In this document: positions 1 to 9,914 of the stretch, one piece after another
How the letters are laid out: every line of letters begins with the position of its first letter
Numbering within the stretch: the stretch's first letter is position 1
Source: Crocinitomicaceae bacterium
GTDB taxonomy: Bacteria; Bacteroidota; Bacteroidia; Flavobacteriales_D; Crocinitomicaceae
NCBI GenBank assembly: GCA_044353585.1
Contig: JBILBR010000010.1
Span: forward strand, 15,353 to 79,352
Reading direction: 5' to 3'
Length of the DNA stretch: 64,000 bases
Translations under genes and position numbers: made by a program
The notes under the pieces: generated by a model
Databases searched by the model: none
Told to the model about the DNA's origin: nothing
The model's input: only the letters and a program-made list of their open reading frames with translations

Positions 1-193
1 TAAAACCCGCATGAATAAGATAGGGTAAAATACCACCAAAAACATAGGGAATTTCATAAAAATCAACCACCAATAACATGATCGAAATAATTCCGTTTGA
101 AACACCTCCAATCAGGAAGTTGTCAAAGATTTTTTTGGCACGTCCATGTTCATAGGCAGCCTGTGCAAATTGTATTACATTATTGTTTTCCAT
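1..193 (-). CDS. hypothetical membrane protein, N-terminal part only (gene continues past window start)
   Basis: Own translation from the ATG (CAT at 191-193) reads MENNNVIQFAQAAYEHGRAKKIFDNFLIGGVSNGIISIMLLVVDFYEIPYVFGGILPYLIHAGF and stays open to position 1. It has a hydrophobic segment. It is missing from the ORF track because it is truncated. Confidence 0.4.
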   Translation of the reverse strand, partial: MENNNVIQFAQAAYEHGRAKKIFDNFLIGGVSNGIISIMLLVVDFYEIPYVFGGILPYLIHAGF

Positions 194-264
194 GCAGGTT
201 TTACGAACGGAAACGAAAAAAATAACGAACTCTTAAAGAATTTATACCCTGTATCTTTAGGTTG

Positions 265-1368
265 TCAAACAAACCCTTCCGTTTTTAAAAACTGGACTCC
301 CCTGCCCTTTTTGTAAGCTTTGAGATAGTCGTCCACCCGATTTAAGATGTTCTGCTTATCGTTCAATGCATTGGCCAACTCCTTTAGTTTAAGTCGCTCC
401 CTCCTACTGATATTACCATCCAAAATAATTCCTGTGGTAAAAATCAAGGTAATCAAATCGACAGATGCTTTATCTAAGGATGATAATTCATCCAAAATAT
501 CCGTACTTAACCTATCAGCAACTTGCTCTTGATGATTGACATACTCAAGTAAGCGCGTAGAATAAAAGTAGTTTATCTCAGAAAAATCTCGTTTGAGCAC
601 AACGATGTAGTTCAGTAAGCCTTTCAATTCTTTGGCAACAAGGGGGTTATCTGATGCTTCTGCAGCCTGCGCCACCAATTCCGTTAACTCCGTTGATAAC
701 ATGTAGTATCTTGCCCGATTAAATAATTTTGCAGCTGCAAAGCCGTTCCAAAACGCATAGATTGGCATAGCGGCCAAATCAATGAACACTTTCAATAAAA
801 ACCTACTTCCAAACCGTTGGAGAACCACCTTGAGTATGACATTGCTTAGCATGGCCTTAAAACGTACAATTAACAAATAAGCGTATAAACCAAATTTCGA
901 CATTCCCATAAAGGGATTCAAACCAAGCTCAAGTTCCTTCTTTTGCTTTTTTTCTAAACTTATGAGCAGTAGATTCTCACTGTGCAGTTTAAATCCAGCA
1001 GCGTTTTTATTTGGAAAACCTAATAACCAAGCCAATTTATTAATCACATAAATATTTACGACTCCCAAGACATACAATTCTAAAAGTGTCAGCAAAATAT
1101 TATCAAGTTCCTTGACCCAAAAAACCTTAATTTCAGTTCCAAAGAAATTTAAATTAAGCACATACGCATCGAAAAAGCTATCGAATAAATACAAGGGTAA
1201 ATAATATGATAAAATAATAAAGGCCCCAATAAAACCTGAAATGCAAATTGAAAACCAATACAAGCGCTGTACCGCCTTTAAATCGGACTGATCCAAGGAG
1301 GTGGATACAGGTTTTTTTTCTTGAAATCGACGAAATAAACGTTCAGAAATGCGTTGATGATAAAACAA
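265..1368 (-). CDS. hypothetical multi-pass membrane protein with a soluble helical C-terminal domain (tentatively TerB-like)
   Basis: 367-aa ORF with several hydrophobic helices in the N-terminal two thirds. The C-terminal stretch IFTTGIILDGNISRRERLKLKELANAL resembles the aDG..s..E motif of TerB-type domains. No firm family assignment. Confidence 0.6.
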   Translation of the reverse strand: MFYHQRISERLFRRFQEKKPVSTSLDQSDLKAVQRLYWFSICISGFIGAFIILSYYLPLYLFDSFFDAYVLNLNFFGTEIKVFWVKELDNILLTLLELYVLGVVNIYVINKLAWLLGFPNKNAAGFKLHSENLLLISLEKKQKKELELGLNPFMGMSKFGLYAYLLIVRFKAMLSNVILKVVLQRFGSRFLLKVFIDLAAMPIYAFWNGFAAAKLFNRARYYMLSTELTELVAQAAEASDNPLVAKELKGLLNYIVVLKRDFSEINYFYSTRLLEYVNHQEQVADRLSTDILDELSSLDKASVDLITLIFTTGIILDGNISRRERLKLKELANALNDKQNILNRVDDYLKAYKKGRGVQFLKTEGFV

Positions 1369-1378
1369 AGGAATGGTG

Positions 1379-1777
1379 TTATGGTACTAAATTATATTCA
1401 ATCACACTAATGACATCCTTGGCACAAGCCGTTCTTAAGGTTGCCCCCGCAGGTAACCACATAGGTAACATATTACTTACCGCTAAAAAAACACCGGAAT
1501 TACCATGACCTGGCGAACCATTAATTAGATAGTAAGATTGACCATTTACAATCATCGGGTGATGCCGATCACTGAGCGAACATGTACCTCCTGTTTCGAT
1601 CATATCAGGAGCTGCAATTCCAGCTTGCATAAAAGATTCCACCTTCCAAACCTTACCCAACGGCACCGTTTGCAAGGAATTACTAACCAAAAGCACTTGG
1701 TTTAATTGAAGATTAAATTGACCGTAACTTATGAAAGATACAATAAATCCAAATAAAAGAAATAAGCTGCGTAACAC
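1379..1777 (-). CDS. hypothetical secreted protein
   Basis: 132-aa ORF with an N-terminal signal-like segment (MLRSLFLLFGFIVSFISYGQ). Same strand as its neighbours and tightly spaced. Confidence 0.55.
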   Translation of the reverse strand: MLRSLFLLFGFIVSFISYGQFNLQLNQVLLVSNSLQTVPLGKVWKVESFMQAGIAAPDMIETGGTCSLSDRHHPMIVNGQSYYLINGSPGHGNSGVFLAVSNMLPMWLPAGATLRTACAKDVISVIEYNLVP

Positions 1778-1784
1778 CTTAAAT

Positions 1785-2150
1785 CTACTCTTTAACCGGA
1801 ATAAAAGTCATTCCTGCTGTCATTAAATTTCCTTCCGGGGTAATAATTACCTCTAATGAACTTTCTTCTAGACCAAGTCCAACTACTGAAGGAGCCGATT
1901 GATTTAATTGATATGTCAATTGACCGAAAATTTTACGCTTACCGTGATCATTTGACAAAACCAATGCATCTCCTTTATCTAAATGCTCGATTTCTAAGTA
2001 CATATCGAAGTCACCTTCAACCTGGGCTCTAAACTGATGCGTATTTAACCAATTTTGTATAGATTCTTTTGACGTAATATCAAGCGTTTGTTGAGCACCA
2101 ATCCATGTAAGATTTAGAAGAAACAAACTAACTATTACAAGCTTTTTCAT
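1785..2150 (-). CDS. hypothetical secreted protein
   Basis: 121-aa ORF with a signal peptide (MKKLVIVSLFLLNLTWIGAQQ). It lies 7 nt upstream of the next minus-strand ORF. Confidence 0.55.
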   Translation of the reverse strand: MKKLVIVSLFLLNLTWIGAQQTLDITSKESIQNWLNTHQFRAQVEGDFDMYLEIEHLDKGDALVLSNDHGKRKIFGQLTYQLNQSAPSVVGLGLEESSLEVIITPEGNLMTAGMTFIPVKE

Positions 2151-2378
2151 GTGATGTTTTTTTCAAATATAAAAAAAAGCACGTTCAACTTCGTTATCAA
2201 ACAATTAAATTATTTAGTGTACTTCTATTTCAATTTAACACCATCACACAATAACAATTCAATTAAGGTTAAAAAGGAGCGACCAACCAACACGAAAGAG
2301 AACACAGAACTATGGAAATTGAAGGTATCTTTTTACGAGCTCGTTTATATCCAATTTCTAAAACCCCACGATTTTCGA

Positions 2379-3542
2379 CTAGACATTGAACTCAATAAGT
2401 GATGGCTCTATTTCAATTCGATACGGCTCTCCCCTACTTCCTTTGATGTAATAGTTCTCTGCAATCCGCTGACCTAAGGTTTGCTTAATGACACTGCGAA
2501 TACGTGATAAGGTCTCATTTAAATTATTCTCCAACGGGTCTAGTAATAAATTCAACGATTCATCAATTTCCTCTATCGAGCTAAAGGTAGAAAAGCGGTG
2601 ATATAGTTCCCCAATCTCATTTCGGTGGTCCACCAATTCCACGAGTCTTACCCCTTCCGGATGCTTTAAGAAGAAACAAAAGATGGCCCGCTGTTTAGGA
2701 TTCAAATTCAATTCTAAGTTTCCATAATCCGTAAAAAATATCCGATGTGTATATCCCGTGATCCGTATAGAACTTGGTCTATTCAAAAACACGGAACGTT
2801 CGATCGAAAGAAAATACTTCCTTATACCCTCCATGGTTTCAATTAATTGGGCAAAAATCCGCACATCAACTGATGTTTCTTTGAGCAGCGCCATGCAATC
2901 CATGCAAATATCCGCGGTTCTCATTTTAAGGACTATTTGACGTTTATCCTGACAAAAATCAGACATACAACCACGTGGGTCCATATGCCAATAGTTGGAC
3001 AATTGACTGTGATCCTTAACAATTAACATACGGAGGGTCCAGGCAATCACTTCATACGCGATTGGAAAACGTTCATTCAAGCCATCAAAATAGTGATGCC
3101 AATCTGCCGTGTGAATAAATGCATTCTTCATCGAGTTGTCGGCATTACCAAACCAATTTGCCTCATTCGCTGTATCCGTTAGCAAAATAACTAAATCTGA
3201 ATCTGGAAGTTTATGTGACAACCTGTAGTAGGTGCACGCATCAAAAAAATGCTGCCATTTGGCTTTATTTGTTTTGTGAGGGAAAGAAATACGAGGTCTT
3301 TCGGACATCGAATAGGTTTTCTTATCTGCGGATTCTAACATATTGGAAAACACAATTTCGGGCTCCTGCGCTAACTCAAACGCTTCTTTAGATTCGATTT
3401 CTACCGCAATGGCATTTGAAATATGCGCATCCGATTCAGAGGCCATAAATTCAACGGGACCTTGATACTGCCGTAAAATGTGGAGTACAGCCTGATAGGT
3501 ATGGGCAGAAAAATCAGCAGAACGTATTAGATGTACTTTCAT
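2379..3542 (-). CDS. hypothetical cytoplasmic protein: unknown N-terminal domain, Cys4 cluster, C-terminal winged-helix (OmpR/PhoB-type-like) domain
   Basis: 387-aa ORF whose start overlaps the vWA stop (ATGA at 3539-3542). It has a Cys cluster (GCMSDFCQDK...ADICMDCM). The C-terminal LNPKQRAIFCFFLKHPEGVRL...LSRIRSVIKQ...YYIKGSRGEPYRIEI fits a winged-helix DNA-binding pattern. Confidence 0.7.
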   Translation of the reverse strand: MKVHLIRSADFSAHTYQAVLHILRQYQGPVEFMASESDAHISNAIAVEIESKEAFELAQEPEIVFSNMLESADKKTYSMSERPRISFPHKTNKAKWQHFFDACTYYRLSHKLPDSDLVILLTDTANEANWFGNADNSMKNAFIHTADWHHYFDGLNERFPIAYEVIAWTLRMLIVKDHSQLSNYWHMDPRGCMSDFCQDKRQIVLKMRTADICMDCMALLKETSVDVRIFAQLIETMEGIRKYFLSIERSVFLNRPSSIRITGYTHRIFFTDYGNLELNLNPKQRAIFCFFLKHPEGVRLVELVDHRNEIGELYHRFSTFSSIEEIDESLNLLLDPLENNLNETLSRIRSVIKQTLGQRIAENYYIKGSRGEPYRIEIEPSLIEFNV

Positions 3543-4204
3543 TTCTTTTTACGAATGTCTTTGACACTAAAGATACTTAAAAAGTTATTTGATTTAATAT
3601 TGCGCTCTTTTGAACTCGCATAGGATTCAGCGGCCTGTTCGAAATATTGTTTGCTCACCCGAGCATAATCACTCTTATCAAAAGACAAGGTGTTTTCTGG
3701 ATTTATACCAAAAGATTGTGACGCACCAATAGCATCTAAATCAGCTCCCATGAATGTAAAACTCCATTTTTCTGTGGCCTCCAATTCAGTAACCATGCGC
3801 CGAATATCCTCATAGGTATACATTCGAGAGGCATTTTCATATCCATCAGTAATGATTATGACAACTACGGAAGTATCCTCATTCATTATTTGATGGCCGA
3901 AACGCGTTTTGATGTCATAAATAGACTTACCAATTGCGTCTAATAGCGCCGTTGTTCCACCCAATTGATAATCATGCATCGACAAGGGCAATAACTCATC
4001 GACCAACCTAAAATCAGCGATGTTATTCCCAACATGCTCGTCGAAAAACCTAAGCCCCATTATAATTTCCTGGTCTGGATACTTCCTCTGAATCCCTTGT
4101 GCCGCTTGTAATTGTTCATTGTAGCCCGAAACCACTTGTCGCTCCATTCCCGCCATTGAACCACTACGGTCGATAATCAGTTGATAAATTGTTCTTTTTT
4201 TCAT
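3539..4204 (-). CDS. von Willebrand factor type A (vWA) domain protein, cytoplasmic (TerY-like size)
   Basis: 221 aa with MIDAS residues DRSGSM, GGTTAL and ITDGYEN. No signal peptide. Confidence 0.85.
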   Translation of the reverse strand: MKKRTIYQLIIDRSGSMAGMERQVVSGYNEQLQAAQGIQRKYPDQEIIMGLRFFDEHVGNNIADFRLVDELLPLSMHDYQLGGTTALLDAIGKSIYDIKTRFGHQIMNEDTSVVVIIITDGYENASRMYTYEDIRRMVTELEATEKWSFTFMGADLDAIGASQSFGINPENTLSFDKSDYARVSKQYFEQAAESYASSKERNIKSNNFLSIFSVKDIRKKK

Positions 4205-4343
4205 TTCCTTCGTTTTAATTGGTTAAACATTCTGGTGCAAAGTTGGCACACAAGGGACCGACTTAAAATTCCTTGCAACCTTGCAAGGTGGAGATGAAGT
4301 ACTTTCAGAAAATTTCCGTAAATTCGCACCCAAATACGTAATT

Positions 4344-4982
4344 ATGGATAGGTTCAATTGGGAAGACATCAAGCAAAAATTCAAATCAGATAAACGATTC
4401 AAGCTATATACCTACATTGGAGGTGGAGCAATAGTTTTAGTGGCTTTATTCCTTGGATATCGTCAATTAATCTGGACGCCTGCCGATGAAAAAGCAAATG
4501 ATGGGTGGTGGTCCGCGTTGAATTACGTTGAAAAAGATTCTACTGACCAAGCCATTAAAGTATTAATTCCTTTCGTTAAAAAGTTCGATGGTCACGTGGG
4601 CGGAGAGATTGGTCAATACTTGCTTGGAACCCAATACATGAAAAAAGGACAGTTTCAAAAGGCAATGAATGAGTTAGAAGATGTATCTGTTTCTGATACG
4701 TACATGTCGGTAATGACCGTTGGACTTCAAGGAGATTGTCTTTCAGAATTAAAAAACTACGAGCAAGCAACAACGAAATATGCTGAAGCTGCTGATATGC
4801 TTGACAACGAATTTACTGCACCCATGTACTTATTCAAAGCGGGCTTACATGCCGAATTGGCAAAAAACTATGAAGATGCTACAGCATACTTTACACGCAT
4901 TCGCGATGATTATCCAGACTATGGAAACCAAAAAACCATAGACAAATATATCGCTAGAGTATCTTCTGTTAAAGGGAAATAA
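4344..4982 (+). CDS. membrane-anchored tetratricopeptide-repeat-like protein
   Basis: The ORF track starts at a TTG (4281). An ATG at 4344 (MDRFNWEDIKQ) is the more likely start. One TM segment (YIGGGAIVLVALFLGY) is followed by TPR-like helices. It sits directly upstream of ribH. Confidence 0.7.
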   Translation: MDRFNWEDIKQKFKSDKRFKLYTYIGGGAIVLVALFLGYRQLIWTPADEKANDGWWSALNYVEKDSTDQAIKVLIPFVKKFDGHVGGEIGQYLLGTQYMKKGQFQKAMNELEDVSVSDTYMSVMTVGLQGDCLSELKNYEQATTKYAEAADMLDNEFTAPMYLFKAGLHAELAKNYEDATAYFTRIRDDYPDYGNQKTIDKYIARVSSVKGK

Positions 4983-4983
4983 G

Positions 4984-5463
4984 ATGGCAACAGAAGGCCA
5001 TCACCTGTCTTCCTTTAACGCAAAAGAACTTGATGGAGTCTCGGCGTTTCATGTCGGAATCGTTGTTTCAGAGTGGAATTCCGAAATAACTCATGCCTTA
5101 GCTCAAGGGGCTAATGATGTGTTCACACAGGCGGGAATTACTTCCGTTGAACGAATTTCCGTTCCAGGATCTTTCGAACTCCCCCTAGCAGCGCAGCAGT
5201 TGTTTATTAAACATCCAGACCTTGATGGCGTACTGGTTATTGGTAATGTGATTCAAGGAGAAACCAAACATTTTGATTTTGTCTGTCAAGGATTGACTCA
5301 AGGCGTAATGGATGTGATGCTCAAATTCAATAAACCAGTAAGTTTTTGTGTTCTAACAGACCTTAACAAACAACAATCCTTGGATCGTTCCGGAGGAAAG
5401 CATGGAAACAAAGGGGTTGAATGCGCAGTCGCTTTGCTGCAAATGATCAAACTACAAAAATAA
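4984..5463 (+). CDS. ribH: 6,7-dimethyl-8-ribityllumazine synthase
   Basis: 159 aa. The stretch VGIVVSEWNSEIT...VPGSFELP...VIQGETKHFDFV is typical of lumazine synthase. Confidence 0.93.
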   Translation: MATEGHHLSSFNAKELDGVSAFHVGIVVSEWNSEITHALAQGANDVFTQAGITSVERISVPGSFELPLAAQQLFIKHPDLDGVLVIGNVIQGETKHFDFVCQGLTQGVMDVMLKFNKPVSFCVLTDLNKQQSLDRSGGKHGNKGVECAVALLQMIKLQK

Positions 5464-5467
5464 TCCA

Positions 5468-6859
5468 ATGACCTTAATAAAATCAATCTCTGGATTTCGT
5501 GGAACAATCGGAGGCCAGGCCGGTGATAACCTCACCCCTATCGACGCCGTGCTTTTTGCTGCGGCTTATGGCACGTGGTTAAAGAACCAAACTTCTGATC
5601 AAACCATACGGGTAGTAATTGGGCGAGACGCGCGTATTTCTGGTCCGATGGTTTCAAACTTAGTGGCAAATACCTTGATTGGCTTGGGAATTCACGTAAT
5701 CGACTTAGGTCTTTCAACAACCCCCACCGTAGAGATTGCCGTACCGTTAGAAAAAGCCCATGGAGGGATTATTCTGACTGCTTCGCATAATCCGAAGCAA
5801 TGGAATGCCCTAAAGTTATTAAATCATCGCGGCGAGTTTTTATCTGCTCAAGCCGGTGCAGAAGTATTAGCGTTGTCTGAGGCAGGAATATTTGATTTTG
5901 CATCCGTAGATGAGCTCGGAACACATACGCACGATGATACCTACCTAAGCAAACACATTGATTCGATTCTCGCTTTACCCTTAGTTAATCGTTCCGCTAT
6001 TGCCGCAGCAAACTTCAAGGTGGTTGTGGATGCAGTGAATTCGTCTGGTGGGATTTTTGTCCCTGCCTTGCTGGATGCATTGGGTGTAACTCAAATCACT
6101 AAATTATACTGTGAACCCACAGGTCACTTTCCGCACAATCCAGAGCCCTTACCTGAACATCTTGGAGATCTAGCTAATGAAATAAAGTCCACCCAGGCCG
6201 ATCTTGGTATTACCGTTGATCCAGACGTAGATCGCTTAGCGATGGTTTGCGAGGACGGAAGCATGTTCGGAGAAGAATATACGCTCGTGGCTGTTGCCGA
6301 TTATGTGCTCTCTAAAACTCCGGGAGCAACAGTTTCAAATTTGTCTTCTACCCGTGCCTTGCGTGATATAACCGAAGAATGGCATAAGCAATCCTATGCG
6401 GCAGCCGCTGTAGGTGAAGTGAACGTAGTAGAAAAAATGAAAGCCATACACGCCGTTATTGGCGGGGAAGGAAATGGTGGAATCATCTACCCTGAGTCGC
6501 ATTACGGACGGGATGCCTTAGTGGGCATCGCCCTGTTCTTGAGCCACTTGGCAGATAAGAAATGTAAGGTATCCGAATTAAGAGACCATTATCCGGCGTA
6601 TACTATTTCTAAGAATAAAATAGAATTAACCCCGAACGTCAATGTGGATGACATTCTTAACAAAATGGCTCAGGCATACGCTCACGAGGAGGTTGATACC
6701 ACAGACGGTGTAAAAATATACATCGGAAAAGAATGGGTTCATTTGCGAAAAAGTAATACGGAACCGATTATACGTATCTACTCTGAAAGTAAGAATGCCG
6801 AAGCAGCTGACGCATTAGCCAAGCGTATAATAACTGAAATTCAGGCGATTATAAAATAA
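5468..6859 (+). CDS. glmM: phosphoglucosamine mutase (alpha-D-phosphohexomutase family)
   Basis: 463 aa with the active-site loop ILTASHNPKQWNALK and the Mg-binding DPDVDR motif. Confidence 0.88.
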   Translation: MTLIKSISGFRGTIGGQAGDNLTPIDAVLFAAAYGTWLKNQTSDQTIRVVIGRDARISGPMVSNLVANTLIGLGIHVIDLGLSTTPTVEIAVPLEKAHGGIILTASHNPKQWNALKLLNHRGEFLSAQAGAEVLALSEAGIFDFASVDELGTHTHDDTYLSKHIDSILALPLVNRSAIAAANFKVVVDAVNSSGGIFVPALLDALGVTQITKLYCEPTGHFPHNPEPLPEHLGDLANEIKSTQADLGITVDPDVDRLAMVCEDGSMFGEEYTLVAVADYVLSKTPGATVSNLSSTRALRDITEEWHKQSYAAAAVGEVNVVEKMKAIHAVIGGEGNGGIIYPESHYGRDALVGIALFLSHLADKKCKVSELRDHYPAYTISKNKIELTPNVNVDDILNKMAQAYAHEEVDTTDGVKIYIGKEWVHLRKSNTEPIIRIYSESKNAEAADALAKRIITEIQAIIK

Positions 6860-6918
6860 TTTCCATTTATATTGAACCCATTTCATTTACACATGTAAAG
6901 GGTTGAAAATTTTGACTC

Positions 6919-8601
6919 ATGAATAAAATAATGACCTTGGTTTGTTCGCTCGTATTGGGCACATTCCTTCTCGCTAACGAAAAAGAGCTCGTTAAATCCA
7001 GCCTAAATGAAGTAACAGTTTACTCCCAAGGAGCACAATTGCATCACAAGGCTTCCTACACAATTAAAGCAGGAATTACTGAAATAAGTATCGAAGGAAT
7101 CAGTGCCTACATTGATCCTAAATCACTACAAGTTAAAGCCACAGGAAATGTGGTCATCATTGATTCAAAATACACCTTATTCTATCCACAACCGGAAGTT
7201 AAGACCAACGAAGGCATTCCAGCTAAGATTGTCAAAGAAATGGCACAACTAACGGATTCATTGGAATTACTCGGATTCGATTTAAAGGAAATTCAAGATG
7301 AAATTGCCATTTACAAGGCAGCACAGAATATCATTTCCATGAACGGAGCAGTTCGTGGCTCAGGAAAAGTAAATGATTCTATCAACTTATTGAAACAAAC
7401 GGTGGAATACTACACCAATAAAATGAATGAAATCAATAAGAAATTATTGGCACTGGAAAAAAAGAAAAAAGAAAAAGAAAAAGTACAGCAGCGAATCCAA
7501 ATACGCTACGATAATCTTCAGAATTACCAGAACCAAACTTATGATACAAAAAAGTACGCGCCAATTCCGCGTGTAGTAATTACCTTATCTGCATCCGAGG
7601 CAGCAGCAGGAAAAATATCGTTCAGTTATTTAGTATCACAAGCTGGATGGGTTCCTTTATATGACATCCGAAGCGACTCTCAAACGGGAAAAATTTCATT
7701 AACATACAAAGCGCAAGTATTCCAAAATTCTGGCATTGATTGGGATAATGTAAAATTGAATATTTCTACGAATAACCCGTATGCTAACAAAACAAAACCC
7801 GAATTAAATCCGTGGTATATTGACTATTATGCCTACAGACAGAGAATGGAATTAGAAGAAATCAGTATTCGTGGTGCACGAAATATCCCTCAAGCAGCGT
7901 TTAATCAAGGATATTTCCTAGATGGTGCAAAGGTTAAAAATCTAGAAGATAAAGCTGCCTTAGGCGCCGATCAATTCACAACCGTAGTACATCAATTAAT
8001 CGCAGCTGAATTTAAAATTGATTTACCGTATTCCATTAAATCAAACAACGAAAAGAATTTGGTGCTCATTAAAAACAGTGATTTGAATACCACATTTAAA
8101 TATTACTCCGTACCGAAGGTAGATCCAGGGGTATATTTGGTAGCCCAAATGACTAAATTAGATGAATTGCAATTAGTGCCAGCGAGCGCCAACATCTTCT
8201 TCGATGGTTCGTATATTGGGGAAACATATCTTGATCCAACCAGCATGGATGACACCTTAAACTTGTCGCTTGGTAAAGATCCGAACATTGTGGTTAAGCG
8301 GACCTTGTTGAAACAAAAATCAAAAGATAAAGTAGTTCAAGATAAACGTGAGCGAACCTTCTCTTACCAAATCGAGGTACAAAACAATAAATCTTCGGCG
8401 ATTCAATTAATCATCCAAGATCAAGTGCCTATGACAACCAACAATGACATAAACATAGAATTATTGGAGAAAGACTTCGCTCGAGAGCTTCCTGGAAATG
8501 GTATTCTTGAATGGGAGTATAAGTTAAAACCTGGAGAGAATAAGAAACTCGAGTTCTCCTACAAGGTTAAGCACCCAAAAGATCAACAAGTCGATTTATA
8601 A
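6919..8601 (+). CDS. DUF4139/DUF4140-type (mucoidy inhibitor MuiA-like) secreted protein
   Basis: 560 aa with a signal peptide, a central coiled Lys/Glu-rich segment (KKKKEKEK), and architecture recalled from the CHP02231 family. Confidence 0.7.
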   Translation: MNKIMTLVCSLVLGTFLLANEKELVKSSLNEVTVYSQGAQLHHKASYTIKAGITEISIEGISAYIDPKSLQVKATGNVVIIDSKYTLFYPQPEVKTNEGIPAKIVKEMAQLTDSLELLGFDLKEIQDEIAIYKAAQNIISMNGAVRGSGKVNDSINLLKQTVEYYTNKMNEINKKLLALEKKKKEKEKVQQRIQIRYDNLQNYQNQTYDTKKYAPIPRVVITLSASEAAAGKISFSYLVSQAGWVPLYDIRSDSQTGKISLTYKAQVFQNSGIDWDNVKLNISTNNPYANKTKPELNPWYIDYYAYRQRMELEEISIRGARNIPQAAFNQGYFLDGAKVKNLEDKAALGADQFTTVVHQLIAAEFKIDLPYSIKSNNEKNLVLIKNSDLNTTFKYYSVPKVDPGVYLVAQMTKLDELQLVPASANIFFDGSYIGETYLDPTSMDDTLNLSLGKDPNIVVKRTLLKQKSKDKVVQDKRERTFSYQIEVQNNKSSAIQLIIQDQVPMTTNNDINIELLEKDFARELPGNGILEWEYKLKPGENKKLEFSYKVKHPKDQQVDL

Positions 8602-8608
8602 GAAACAA

Positions 8609-8639
8609 GGCTATCGGAAACGGTAGCCTTTTCTTTTTT
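8609..8639 (+). terminator. rho-independent terminator
   Basis: Hairpin GGCTATCG-GAAA-CGGTAGCC followed by TTTTCTTTTTT, 8 nt after the stop at 8601. Confidence 0.6.
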
Positions 8640-8683
8640 ATCTTTGTTTACAACAAATAATCCCTAAATCTTGTTAGGACTCT

Positions 8684-9904
8684 ATGAAGCAATTTGAAAT
8701 CCCTGAATTTTACCGTTCTCCGATCATTTCAAAGGTTAAGGCGAAAAGAAAATTGGACGATCCTCGCAAGCAAGATTTTAGTCCTACTCGCTTACAATTC
8801 ACCAAGGTGGAATTTATTGTTGCGCGGCATTTTGGATTTTGTTATGGGGTAGAAAATGCCATTGAAAAAAGTTACAAAGCCATTCAAGAAAATCCGGAAA
8901 AACGCATTTTCTTATTAAGCCAAATGATTCACAATCCGGATGTTAATGAAGATTTATTAGCTCACGGCATTAAATTCTTACAAACACCTGACGGCGAACA
9001 ACTGATTCCCTTTTCAACCCTTGATGCCAATGATATTGTTATCATACCAGCCTTTGGTACTACCGTGGAGTTAGCAGAAGAAATCAAGGCGACTGGAGCA
9101 AACATTGAATCGTATAATACCACGTGTCCCTTCGTAGAAAAGGTGTGGAATCGTTCTCAAAAACTCGGTGAATCGGACCACACCATTATAATCCATGGAA
9201 AGCATGATCATGAAGAAACGCGCGCTACGTTTTCCCACAGCAATAAAACGGCGGCTTCGTTAGTGATAAAAAACATGAAGGAAGCTGAATTTTTAGGGGA
9301 AGTAATCAAAGGAAATAAATCAGACCAAGAATTCTATTCGTATTTCAAAGGCAAATATTCTGATGGATTTTCACCGAGCGATCACCTAAATAAAATTGGT
9401 GTCGTTAATCAAACTACGATGTTGGCGTCTGAAACACAGGATATTACAGACTACCTAAGGAGTATACTCATTGAAAAACATGGCGAAGCACAGATTAAAA
9501 ATCACATGGCTGACACCAGGGATACCTTATGTTATGCGACTAATGATAATCAATCCAGCACCTACGCGCTAGCAGAAACAGCCCCGGATATCGCAATAGT
9601 GGTTGGGGGGTATAACAGTTCCAACACCACCCATTTAGTGGAAATTTTGGAGAAATCAATTCCGACTTTTTTCATTAAAGGAGCAGACGAACTCCTAAGT
9701 AATAATAAGGTTCTATCATTCAATATTCACAATAAAACGATCGAAGAACGCACATTTTTACCAAACCATTACCCACTGAAAATTGCAATTACTTCTGGTG
9801 CTTCTTGTCCTGACGCGATCGTTGATCGTGTTATGATGAAGATATTGGACCTAATTCAAGAACCTTGTACGATTGAAGAAGCGTTTAGTAACGCACGTAT
9901 TTAA
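8684..9904 (+). CDS. ispH: 4-hydroxy-3-methylbut-2-enyl diphosphate reductase (long form)
   Basis: 406 aa with the conserved Cys contexts FGFCYGVENAI, TTCPFVEKVW and SGASCPD. Confidence 0.9.
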   Translation: MKQFEIPEFYRSPIISKVKAKRKLDDPRKQDFSPTRLQFTKVEFIVARHFGFCYGVENAIEKSYKAIQENPEKRIFLLSQMIHNPDVNEDLLAHGIKFLQTPDGEQLIPFSTLDANDIVIIPAFGTTVELAEEIKATGANIESYNTTCPFVEKVWNRSQKLGESDHTIIIHGKHDHEETRATFSHSNKTAASLVIKNMKEAEFLGEVIKGNKSDQEFYSYFKGKYSDGFSPSDHLNKIGVVNQTTMLASETQDITDYLRSILIEKHGEAQIKNHMADTRDTLCYATNDNQSSTYALAETAPDIAIVVGGYNSSNTTHLVEILEKSIPTFFIKGADELLSNNKVLSFNIHNKTIEERTFLPNHYPLKIAITSGASCPDAIVDRVMMKILDLIQEPCTIEEAFSNARI

Positions 9905-9914
9905 CGATTATACT

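Noticed and set aside
7441-7480. Purine-rich low-complexity run (AAAAAGAAAAAAGAAAAAGAAAAAG).
   Set aside because: It is in frame within the DUF4139-type gene and encodes a KKKKEKEK coiled linker. It is not a regulatory repeat.
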